A stretch of 64,000 nt of DNA from Raillietiella orientalis (lineage: Eukaryota), in NCBI GenBank assembly GCA_036172245.1, contig JAYWIR010000004.1:5952001-6016000 (forward strand), in the 5' to 3' direction. The notes below the pieces were generated by a model, which was not told where the DNA came from, made no database searches, and was given only the letters and a program-made list of their open reading frames with translations. Within the stretch, counting starts at the first letter, position 1. Each line of letters opens with the position of its first letter. Below, piece after piece: positions 15,301 to 27,600 of the stretch. Both the position numbers and the translations under genes were made by a program.

Positions 15301-18239
15301 CCCCAACTGTTGGCGCCATCTGACATCCTGGCATGACGGCAAGCAGTCGATCAGAACGAAATCGTGTTTTTCTCTGGGGGCAATTTCCTGTCAAAGCCCT
15401 TCCTCCACGAGGTGAACAGTGACTTCTATTTCAAAACCAGCCAGCAATCTTAAGCTTACAAGGTGGCTAGCAGCTAGATGGCTTCAGAGACATTACGATG
15501 CTGAATTTTGCGCGCAGGTTCTTTTTTGTATCTTGCGCGATCCCAATACTTAATGGGTGTTGTTGGATGGGGAGGCGTTGGTTTCACGCCCTTTAGGGGC
15601 TCTATTTCTCAATGCCACCATCCGGTTTTCGATGAAAATCCAGGACATCAACGTTTGGGAAAAGAACCAGAATCCGCGCTGCTTCGGGGCCGTCGACGCA
15701 CCCGCGTTTCTTGCTGGTACCATAGCTGAAATCCATGAGGGCACGTACGTGAGTCACTGCACGCCACCCCGCGGATCACGTGACACAGATCCCCTCTGGT
15801 TCTGGCTCTACAGCTCATGGGCCTAGATGTTCACAGAATGTTCTCGAACATTGCCCACTTCGGTTTTGAAAACCTTGCGGAGGAACGCGGAATCGGATGA
15901 GTTGCACCTTTTGTTAGATCCCGGTCGCAATTTTTTGACAGCGACTGCGATCTCGGGATGCGGCGCCTCCAAATAGTTTCTGCTTCGTACGATCTTGCTG
16001 ATACCCTCTGTCGAACTTTGAGGTTTGGTGATAACTTCTCCCAAGTACTTCTTGAAGACATTGAGATGAAAATGCAAACGAAAATTTCAGCTCAGTTGAT
16101 TACTGTGGGCTACGAAGTCAGCAGGCATGATGATCTAGAGGCGCATGCTCCTGGCCTCATGCACCTCGTAGGATTCCGCTTTGAATTCTTTTGCTTTGCT
16201 GAGGAGAGTGGGGTGTTGAGGGAAAGTTCAAGAACTCTTAGAAAGAGCTGAGTGAAGGGATGACCCCTTGACTCCATGGGACTTATTACTTCGATCTTAC
16301 TTCACGTGCTGCCATATATTTTGCTGAAAAGCACACCATCAAAGACCACCATCAAAGTTTCAAAGTCGGAAATCTGATTAGAAAGCTGACTGCAGCGGAT
16401 CTGAAAGAAATCGAAGGGGACGCTACTTCACACCGGTGCATTCACTGCTACAAGACTCTTCGCAAGAGACCATCAGCATGTTTTCTAGGGTTTACTCGGC
16501 AACAATGGAGTTATCGCTTTCGGTACTCGCAGCTCGGATGTACTCCTGGATCGGCTGCTGAAGGAGTCATGGTGATCCCCTCAGCAGATAGGTGGCATCT
16601 AGATGAAAAGTCCGTTCCTTTCACAATGTTGACTTCGTAGGTAACCACAAGTCGTAGGTAACCGTTGAAGTTTGCAGAGGGAGCAGGGGAAGGAAAACTT
16701 GGGCCGAGATATATGAAATGCCTTTCCTGAATAGGGAATCGGCCAAGCCTCATTTCCTGATCCTTTTTTCCACAACTGTTCGGCTGTTCAGTATGGGATT
16801 ACTGGCAGTGGCCTCTTCGGTGTTTCCAGCAGATCTTTCAGGAGCCCTGAACAATGCCACTCTTACTTTCGTCGTTTTCAAGCGTCCTTGGCTTCTTGAA
16901 GATCCCGTCGCTTCTAGGTCTTTCGAAAGGACAAGCGCGAAATCGAGTACGACCATTCTCTCCTCGCTCCGCGGCGCCAGGTCAGGTGGGAGGCTACAGC
17001 CCGCCCGCGGAATCGGCTTGGTTGAATGACGACGTCTCTCAGAGTTCCGAAGGTTTCTGGTCCACAGCTCATGACGTTCGGTAGAGATGGGAGGGGGGGG
17101 GGATCTTCTCAGAGTGGACATTTAGTCGGCTCTGCTTCTGATCGGAGCACCTCCTAACGAAGTTACACTTGATTGAGTCTTCCTGGACCTACTTTGCAAG
17201 TTGCCAGAGCTCCTAGAATCTACGAGTTGACAGAAGAGCAGGTGTGCGGATAGGCCCTTTTGCCGCACTGTGATCTCGGATACCTGGCCATTTGGACGAC
17301 TCTGCGCCATTCGGAATGCGGTTCCTCTTCTTTTCACGTGTGCTTTGGAGAGCACGGATAAACAAGCAGGCACGGGTGAACGGACCCCGGCTCTCTACGT
17401 CCGCGACCTGCGTTGCCATTGGCGTCGCAACACGACACGGATCGCTTTGAAAGCTCCACTGGGAAACTGCCCAGCTTTACGATGCTCCTCCGCGAATAGA
17501 GTCGACCTCCCTGGGTCACTCCAATCTCGTGAACACTGCGACACCAGGGATTTGGGTTATACGTTTGGGAAATGGCTGCTTTCACTGAAGGATTCGAAAA
17601 GGGGGTGCTATCTCTTCATGACTTGTTCCCATGGGAGTGCTAACATCAACGAGGTGGATAGCGCTGGTTATCGACAACTGTATCGTGAAAACTGGATAGA
17701 TTCTTCGATGCCTGCTTATTCTAATCTTGGTGCTATCCTCGATCAACGAAGGCCCAATACCAACTCACCACTTGGCGATCAACTTCGCCGGAAGAGTCTT
17801 CTCCGTTCGAAGGTGCGTTTTTCTCTACATAAGCCGTTCGTCCTCAGAAGTCCAGAGACTACAGCATCCGAGATTTCCCAGTGTGCCTAATATCCGATTG
17901 TGCACCTCAGCAAATCTTGAACTGGTTGTGGCTTCCGCAATCACAGCTGGGATGTCGAGCTACTGAGACAGAGTGGTTCATCCTCGTTTGAACTTTGCAT
18001 CGGCAAATCTTCTGACCTCCACGCATCTGATCGCTCCCTTCGGTTTTCGTCTTTTCGAGCTCTCCCGTGGTCAGGTTTCTCTTTCTCTGTGAAGTCATCC
18101 GTTCTCAGGATAGTCCTCTTCGCTTATAACCACTAGTCCGTTGTCTGCTTCCAGACCTTTCAAGGGTCTGGAGGCGGACTCTTGCTTGTCTTTTGCCCCG
18201 CTGCCCTACCGTCACGCATCACGCGACGACATGTGCTCT

Positions 18240-18257
18240 CAGCAGCAGCAGCAGCAG
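18240..18257. repeat. (CAG)6 microsatellite
   Basis: Read directly. Confidence 0.85.
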
Positions 18258-21200
18258 CACTGGAGGTGCGCTAGACGGGTTTCATAGGCGTCCATTTTTT
18301 GCCTTCTCCGAGCGTTCCCAAACGAACCGGTTGTCATCAACGGCACTCCTTTCCTACTCTTCGGCAAACAAGATGCGTCCCTGTGTGTGTGTTTCATGAT
18401 CGTAGCTGTTCTCGGCTGCATTCTTGTCTCCCATCCTTCTCTGATTATGGATCTTCATGATCCTTGAGAGCGAAAGAGCTGCTCATATTCGGCTGCGCGA
18501 TTTTCATCTTCTCCAACTTGTCGAGAGAGTTAGAAACTTTCCTTCTCCGCCAGGCTTTTCATCTCCGAGGCCTGACGAAACCGGAAGACCCTTGCTTGAT
18601 TATCCGAATCAAAGGATTTCACGTCTAATCGACGAAAATTGCGCGATGCTCCTCACCAGCCATCGCCTCTCTGAGATCAGCATCCTCCTAGGGTTGAACA
18701 GAATCTGAGAATTCTATCTTTGCAAATTTTCCGGATCGAATCCTTCCCTCTCACTTAAGGACGGTCTGTCTCGGGGAATGAAGCGGCTGCTGGATGCTCA
18801 GCGTCTCGCATCATCATCGCCTTCAGTCGAGAGGAAAAGACCCATGGATTTCGGGACATCATTAATCGGCATCGTTGCTGCTTCCTTCAGCGGAAGAGAG
18901 CAGCAGCCGCATCCGTTTTCTCTTCCTCGAGATGCCGTCGCTGGGAGCGTCGACTCGCTGCTCTGCTGCGCACCTACCCAGCAGTAGAAGCTCTCTGTGT
19001 AGACGTTGGGGGAGGGGAGAGGGGAGTCCTCCTCTCGAGTCCGAAAGCGCTGAGCGGTTCCGCGCACCCTTCTTCGCAAGTTCCCTGCCAACCTATGGCA
19101 GAAGGAGGAAATCCAGCGGGTGCAGGACTCCATCGCTCGGTCACTCCTGGTCGTTTCGGTCATAGCACAACGCCTAGGGCTGTGACAGCAGTCAGGAAAA
19201 AAAGAGAGCGGAGAAGGAAAAAAAAGACTTCTCTCTGAGAGAGAGAAAAGGAAAAGGAAAAGGGTAGGGCCTATGACAGAACATACTGCGCAGCTCTTGA
19301 AGAGAAAGAAAGGGGCGTGGTCCACTCCTACTGCTCATGGAGACTGCAGAGAGAGAAAAAAAAAGGAGACATTTATGTGCATGCAGATGGCACCGAAGCA
19401 CGCACAAACACAAAGGTTCCTCCAAACGCTTGAAGAACAGGAAGAGTCTCCTAGGAGATCTGTCCGTCACCTGCCGAATCTCTGCCTTCTGAGGTCGTCT
19501 ACCCGTGGCACTTGTTGGCCTTCTACGGTTGTCTCGGGCGGCGGTAGTGCATCTTTCCACCCGGAAGCGGTACACGTCAAGTCCACCTCCTCAGCACAAC
19601 AACGGGATCTCTTCGGCGCAGAAACGGAACCCTTGCGGCGCAGCAACCTGACTTTCGAGGTTCGGCGTTCAGCAAGGCAGCGGAGCATGCAGAACGGTGA
19701 AGAAACGGAACGCATTTGGAAAGAAGTCCTTCGAGGGCTGCTGCGCGCGCCACACGGATCCTGATCTTCCGCGCCGGATGGGGAGCAAGTAGACCCCAGT
19801 GTTCGCCGCCTCACCTGTCTTCGGGAACGAGTGGTTTCCTGGTGGCAGAAAAACCCGGCGAAGACAGCGCCCTAATTCCCTCCGTTCGTTCGGAAGGTCC
19901 CCTGGTCTGGCAAAAGCTCCAGAGGGCAGCCCCCTTCCAGAGCAAGAGCGGAGGAGAGAACTCCCCCTCTCTCTTGCGCCAGGAGGGGACAGGTTGCGAT
20001 TCGGGGAAATCCACGGAGTCGGCAGCTCCTCACAGCTTCTCTCCTGAACGCACGGAGGCTCCAGGAGCGGAGGGCCACAGTTCCGGGACGCTGCTCCTAG
20101 GACGCTCCTGTTCTCGATCCTGAGCGCCTACCGTGTGATGACCCCTTTTTCTCATCGCGTTAGGGGGGAAGGGAGAGACCTTGCGGGCACAGATGCGATT
20201 CAGATATGCGCGACGAGTCACGCAAGGGTCGGAGGCATCTTCGAAGGATTCAAAGTTTGCGGATGAAGTGCGCGTGTTCTCCAGCAGTGCATCGCGGATG
20301 CATCTCCGGGTGAACCCTGAGTGGGGTTTCCTTTCCGCAGCTGTAGGCATCGAAAAGGACACCGGCGACTGTCTCACTGCACGCTGCCAATGATTCGATT
20401 CGTGCGCCACCCCCGCAGTCGTAAGAGTACTGTGGTTGAGAGGCGCCGCGTAGAGGGAAAACCACACCATCAAGAATGGGGGATCGAGGTTGATTGCGCG
20501 CTGCGCTGCCGACCCCATGTGCAGCTCCTCATCTCCGGCAGATCAAGCAGCACTGAGCAGCGGGTGCGGGACAACAACACCCATCGAGGATGCGTCGGAA
20601 ACGTCGGTCTGGTGGCTGAAGGCATTGTGTTGGATCCACGCTGGAAGCCATATTGCGTGATGGCTTGCAGGAAGCCCTGTCAGGTGGCGTTCGGCAAGGC
20701 AGTCGGCGTCTCCACTCCCGCTCTTCCGCGTTGGGAGGCCACGTAGCCACGGCGACCGCGCTCAGAACCGACAGTCGCGGGTTCGAATACCCGCGCGTGC
20801 AGTTCAGACGCGTCGTGGGCTGTTCCGGGTTCTCCCCGCATGGCGACAACGCCGGGCCGGCCACGCCCGAGTCGGCGGCCGGATGATCCGCTGACCGATC
20901 GGGGGGAGGGGGTTCGTCCCTTCGGGATTTCTGCCTTTTGAGGTACGGGTGCGGGTGCGGGTGGTGTTCGTGCTTGCCGTAAGAAACGCGGGAAAAGTGA
21001 GCCCACCCTGCTCGTTCGGCTAGCTTTGGCGCCGCTGTCAGCGCCTTCGTCGGAGGAGCAAGCACAGAGGAGGAGGAGGAGGAACCTGGAATGGATGACT
21101 CCTGTGAGCTCCCCCTCCCCTGTCTGCCTTGAGGAAGAAAAGAGATCTCCTCCGTTCCCGGCAGTCTGAGCGGAAGAACTCGCTGGAAGGTAACCGCAGC

Positions 21201-21446
21201 AGTGACCTTCCGGCTACAGACCATGGGTCGAACGCGCCGAGGTGGACCAGCGACGGGCGACCTGCGCCGCAGAGTTCGTGCCGCCGCTTCGCAGACTCGC
21301 GTCGCCCAGAGACCGCGCGTCGGCGCATCACTAGGAAGCATCTCTCTTGTCTGCTCCTGCTTACCCCTCTCTAACGTCTTTCGCAGACGGTCGCAACTCA
21401 ACAGTTAGACTTACCCTTCTTTTTTTTTTTTTTCGCATCTTTTCAG

Positions 21447-21662
21447 GGATGCCAGAAGTGTCTGAAGATCATTCCTGCTGGGGATATGGGCATCGTGGGA
21501 CCTAAATTAGGAGACCACATCGTGTGGCATCCCGTTTGCTTCGTGTGCTCTCTCTGCGAAGAGATGCTGGTCGACCTGACCTACTGCTTGTACGAAAACC
21601 GCATCTTCTGCGAGCGGCACTACGCGGAGCAGTTTCATCCGAGATGTCCTGCCTGTGATGAA
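21447..21662 (+). CDS. Lmpt: Coding exon: LIM1 and first CxxC of LIM2 (GCQKCLKIIPAGDMGIVGPKLGDHIVWHPVCF...CERHYAEQFHPRCPACDE)
   Basis: Poly-T tract plus TTTCAG acceptor ending 21446; 216 nt, phase 0/0; GTAAGT donor at 21663; prickle/testin/Limpet-type first LIM (WHP.CF.C..C.E.LVDL.Y...CERHYAE). Confidence 0.93.
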
Positions 21663-24600
21663 GTAAGTCTCCTAAGGCGATCACTCCCGGCGTCCAAGAG
21701 CTCCGTCCCCTACTCCTTCGGATGCTGCATCTTCTCGTGTGTGATGCGGAAACGGGAAGCGTAAGGCAGCGATCGAACCTCTGTCTCCTCGCCGTCCCGA
21801 GGCTATGGTACACTTCTGAGGTCGATGATGAACCTCTGAGAAAAGAGGACGGGAAGTTGCAAGGAGCGAGAGGCTCTCTTCCGTTCGCTCGCCCTTGTGC
21901 GCGTGCCCACACGGGGAATGGGTCGTTTCGCTTCCTTTTACCGGACCCTCGGCCGCTCGTCCCCGCGATTCGGTCGTTCCATCGCTCGGTGGGCGAAGAG
22001 AACGGCATGGCGGCTCGTCCCTCACGACGTCGAAACGAGGGGCAGGCAAGGGAATGGGTCGGACTTCATCTTGAGCCGAATGTTCCTCACCCACCACCAC
22101 CAAGACCACCAAAGCGCTCCTTGGCGAGGCTTATCCTGTCGCAACTTGACCCAGTGGAAAACTGCTCTGTGTCCCTTCGTGAAGATCAAATAGGGAGGCG
22201 GAAGAAGGGTGTGCCGATGACGCGGATGCTTTGTCTTGCTTTTCACTCCCAACGTTGCCTCACCATATCGCCGGTTTCTTTTTATTCCCGCGCCGTTTAG
22301 AATGCCAGAAAGGTTGCAGAGACCAGCATCTCTCGACTTTCGCGCTGACGACATCACTACACCTTGTTCCTTCTTGTGACCATGGGTCGTGAGTCCGTCG
22401 CGGAGCGGAAGTTCCACCACGTGTTCGCTACGAAGTGGTTCGTCCTCGAATCGCATCCTCTTCTAGATGACCTTTTTCACCTTGGAAGCATCCGGTCATC
22501 GCAGCAAATCTGCCCAAGACCACGAATGCATCATCGTTCACTGCTGCGTCGTTCCCGGAAATCGTTCCGGCGTCACGAAATGGGAAACCGGTGGGTGTTT
22601 GAGAGCTTGCCTCTTGCTATCCGCATCTGCGCTGGCGCGCTTAGATGATCAGATGATCCAGTTACGGAGGCTGGAATTTCCTCGTGGAAAATGCCATATT
22701 TTCCTTGAATGCAGTGGGTTCACTTCGGACTTTGCAAGGCGCGCCCACCACCACACCCACACGAGTGCAGGAAGCAGCAGCAGCTCGGATTCACAATGGA
22801 ACATGACGTCAGCCCCATTCGTCTGATAGGAACCCATTCGTCGTGGAGAGTGGGTGGTTTTCGAGGAGTCATGCTTTCCGCTTTCCATAGTGGGAGACGA
22901 AAGCATCCCACCCTCTTCTGAACTGAAGCGATGAGCCTCGTCCATGTTTCCCAAGATGGAAACCAACTCTCTCGAGGGAATCTGATGGGCTCAGCAGTCG
23001 AAATGCAGGCACAACATTCGTTCCGGCAGTTCGTGGAAAGCTGTAGAATATCGAAAGTGCAGAAACTCCTTTCTGGGAGACATCAGGCGGTTTTGAAAGC
23101 AAACAGAAGGCGACGCTAGCTGGAGAATTGGAAATTTCATGCTGGATACCATCTACGAAAATCTATAACTGAGAGTTGAGAAGAGAGGATTCGTTTCCAA
23201 GAGGAAATTTCTGTACAAACCAGCACTCTGCTCCATGTATTGCCCTTCTTGAATGCTTGGAGACCGAGTTCGGGGGACCAGAGCGCGAAAACCTCCTGCC
23301 GGCAAACCCAGGTCCAGCAAGCCCGCCTGCATCCTGGGAACCGCACACTCTTCGCGAAGAGAAACGGTTGCATTCCATCTGTGAGCAGCAAACTTGCCTC
23401 TTTTCTCTCCTGCAGCGATCAGAACGAGGAAATTAAGCGGCAAAACGGCGAAACGGGGAAGGAGATCACGGGTTTGCCTACTTCCCGCTTCCTTCTTCTC
23501 GCAATGACACGTTGTGCCGTTTTTTATATTTTATTTTTTTATCTTGATGATCTTTTGACGGGACTGTCGGAAAGTCGGCTAACCGGGAACCCTGACAAAT
23601 GACTTGTCCCGAATAATTATATATCCAGAGTAGTCATAGAGACGTCTTCCCTCTTCAAGATGATTCCTGAACTCCTCGATGAGAGAAACGTCGAGATATC
23701 CACAAACGGAAACGCTCTCGCTTTCAAGCACATGCTTCTTGCGCGACCTCAGGCTTTTCCCCTCCTGCCTTTTCCATTCCTGAAGCCCGCCCTCCCGAGA
23801 CACGCATCCCGGCTTGAGAGAACCTCGAGCAAACCCGCATCTCCGGCAGTGGACTGGCGCCAATCCACGCTATCATCTGCGAGACGGGGTAGGGAATTCT
23901 CTAAGGGACTGCGAAGTGTCGGTGCTGGTGGCATGCATTCGCGGGTGGACGAAGCCCGGCCTCTCGTTCCAGTGACTGCGCCGCTCTCTAAGAAAAGTGG
24001 ATCCATTCGAATTCCGCTCGTGGAACGTCCTTCATTTAAAACTGTCCCTCGCGACGCTAGGAAACACCAGAAGGAATGTTCGCTCCCCTCTTCGAGAAAG
24101 AATTACATTTCTCCCAAAGCAGAGGTCCAGAGAGATAGAATGTAGAGGGGCTGAGAGAGCCTAGATGACAGCAGGTCCCATAGACTTGCATGTTTAAAGA
24201 AGTGGGCATTTTCCCGGATGCTGACACGTCACGCATTCCGTTGCGACTGACACGATGCGGAAGTCCATTTGAACGGCAGGCCTGACTCCTGTGAAAAGCT
24301 CCTTCTATCCATCCTCCACTGATCTCTTTGGGTCTAAGTGGTACTCCAGTGAGCATCATTAGAACGCATCGGTGAAATGATTTTCTATATCGGAACAGAG
24401 TTGATGGAAATGGTCGGTGCGGAAGGGAAAAAAAACTCAACACCTCCTCCATATTAAGAAAGTACTTTTGGAATAATTCCTTGAGAAGGAGCCCCTCAGA
24501 TCATTCTGGAAATCATCTGAAGGTTTGAAGTTGAAGCACTTCTTTCCGATCCTCAACATTAAAATTGGGAATTTAATGTTTGATTCTTATAATGCGTCCA

Positions 24601-27600
24601 GAGCTTTCCGGCTGCGGAATGACTATTTTTTTTTTTTTTAGTTTCTGTTCAGAGGTCGTTAATCTTTTAGTGCTGTGTTATTATGCGGAAATTTCCCTGA
24701 ATCATTCACCGCTCTCTAGAGCGCGAAAGTGACATTACATGCACCAATCTTGCAGTAATACCACAGGCAAGAACGAATCAAAGTTCCCATCTATTTGTTT
24801 CCACCTCTGCTTCGCGTATCTGATGAACGGAACGTATCATTCTTTGACAAAAGGGGTTGGAAGCATGAATTTTCACTTCTTTTTTCTTCTTCTTCTTATT
24901 TTTTTTCAACAGGCACAACAGATCCACGAGACTCCCTGGACCACATTTTTACGAAGCAGCTTTCTCTTTCCGCAATTTTTTACATTCATTCCTCTCCGAT
25001 GAGTCCGGGACACCTGGAAAACCCAGACTTTGTGTGCTCCAAGAGAGAAGCGGTTCCTTTTCGTCCGAAGGCCTCTTTTTGAATGCTCGGCCTGGACAGT
25101 TCCTTGGCTCTTCTGCTGATTCGTGATTTGCCACCTTCTTCTGCCTTGATCTGCAGATCTCACTGCAGCGGAAAACATAGCCAGTTTTGTGCTCTGGTAG
25201 CACGCTCACTTTTAGCGATCTCCGTTGCACTCTAAGGACAAACCCGACATTTTCACGCTTCGCTTAGAATGTCAGTGAAATTGCCAAATAATGAAAATCT
25301 TGCGGCCACAGACCGTTCTCGAAAATTGGAATCTTTCGGTGTGCATCCTATGGAGCTTGAAAGCGTTCTCGAAGCGTGGTAAACCCCGCCGATGCGATTT
25401 TTCAGCTCTCTGCTGAGCGTCGTTGCGCGTCTCGACCGCCTTGTGGTTTTTCCGCCCAACATCCGAGGCACAGAACGCAAAACAGCACAGATAGAAAACA
25501 GCTTTATTTTTGTGTGTGAGAATTATTCATTTTTCCTACTAGAACCGGTAAACGTTGTTAAATGATTCAGGTTTCTAAAAATAGCAGCACTATCATGCAG
25601 GGAATCCAAGCTTCCTTTCAAGTCGAAGGTTTGCGGCTCTCCTTACCATCCTGATTTGAAAAACTGCGCAAAGATTTATCAGAAGTCAACTCGAGCACGG
25701 CATCCCAGTTTGCTGATTCGGTTTCCTTTTGTGGAGTTTCGAGTGTGGAGCATGACCTTTCTAATAGAGTGCTAAGGGAATCAGCACGGTTATTGCGTAC
25801 TCTCGATGAATCTTTTTCCCGTATCCTTCCTGCACCAAATATTCTTCTAAACCGATAAGAATCTCCATTAGAGGCTCATAAACGAAATCTTCGTTCAAAA
25901 AAAAAAAGGGGGGGAAGGGGGGGGGAGGGATGAAAAGAAGGAAAGGAAGAAAATGCGCTCTTTCGTCCAGATTTACTTTCCGTCGGATTTCGTGTTCCAT
26001 AATTTACAAACCTCCAGAACCGTAAGCCCGGCAAATGTAGTCCACTAATTCCATTACTTTGTCTGATTCACGTGCATGCACGCCTTGCACTTGCTGCTCC
26101 AGTTTCGAGATCGAGAACGAAGAACGTATTTCATGGTTGATCTTGACTCCTCATTGATCACTCCATCCACGGTCTCTATACATTCGTGGGTCTTCTTACT
26201 CACGGGTGCCGCTATTTTTTGTTCATTTTTTTTTTTACCACCATACGAAACAATCGCGAACAGTGCGCGAATGTCTTGTGATTCCATCATTCCCAGATGA
26301 TGATGGTAGCTGAACTGAAAAGTTCCCAGCAGTGATCGGGATGCTGCAGCTTCTCATCCACACGAAGGGAAAGCCACGACAAATGCAGAGGGGAACGGGG
26401 GGGGAGCTGCGCTGACTTTCAGTGTGCTGATTCGTCTCGTTACCACTACTTGATGATCCTCAAGTTGGGTCACTCGCTATTGTCACTTCTGTTTAAAAAT
26501 CAAAAATAAGTTCTGAGAGCAAGACAAACAGCCGAAATATCGGAAATCGGAGGCAATCCGAATGCGGTCGCTTAGAGATGATTTGAACAGCAAGTTTAGC
26601 TTACAAACGTTGGGCTCGTTTTCTTCTTTGCTGTACCTGTACACTATCTCCTTTTGGAGGGGGAAAAGGGCGAAAATTTGAGGGAGGGCAGCTCTGCTTG
26701 GTTCCATTTCCTGAAGTTCTTTTCCGAAAGAACTTCCCACGTTGCTTGCACTTCCTTTCGTCCAACCAACGATTAGGTTTATCGATGGAATCGGCATAAT
26801 TGGTAGTTTCTAGATGACCCGAAGTGCATCATGACTTTCAGCTCATGCTTGGAGCCTACTCCAAGTCATCGCATGTCGGAAGACCAAATCCAAACCAATA
26901 TCTCCCGTTCCATTTTCTCTCAGCTCAGATCTAAGTGATAACCATGGTTTCACATTCCCAAACTTCTGTTTCATATGGCTAACTCCCCCTTCGACGAGGT
27001 TTTTACAAAACTGCTTGATTTCAATTTGTCCTTTTTGATTACAAAGTCGCCCGCTTCACCTCCTCCTTTTGCTTCTCTTAACAGCTCCAAGGGAGATGCG
27101 TTTAGTAACGATCGGTATTCCTCATTTTTGGCTGCTTCGTTTGACCGAACGCCTCAGAGCAGCTGAGGATCTTTCGAGAGTTTCTCATTCATAAGGACTG
27201 CATCGTTTAAATCATTCGAAGCAAAGAGCTCGTGAATTGATCTTATCTGTGCGTTAAGACAGGACATGATATGAAATAAACAACTCCACGAGCGATGCAA
27301 AGCAGTGAATGCATGCGGACCATTTTCCTCCCACTCTTTGCACGCAAGAGGATTACCTATCGTATCTCTGGACCAAGAGAAACATGGTTTCTCTTGGTTC
27401 AGTGAGAGGAGGGCTTGCATGTCGCGCTCCTAAATAACAATCCTCTCCAAGATTTAGAGATGGTACATGCCCAGTGAAGATGTTTTTTTTTGCTGAGGTT
27501 ATGTTGTTTGCCTTAAGCCGATCACGTTCCGAATATTCCCCGCTAGGAACGGCTCCTGATCTTTGAAAAGAGCAAAGCATTCTGCGCACAGAGCTGTTAA

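Noticed and set aside
15823..16077. Minus-strand peptide with kinase-like VAVKKLRPG
   Set aside because: No Gly-rich loop before it and no HRD/DFG-bearing exons found nearby; likely chance.
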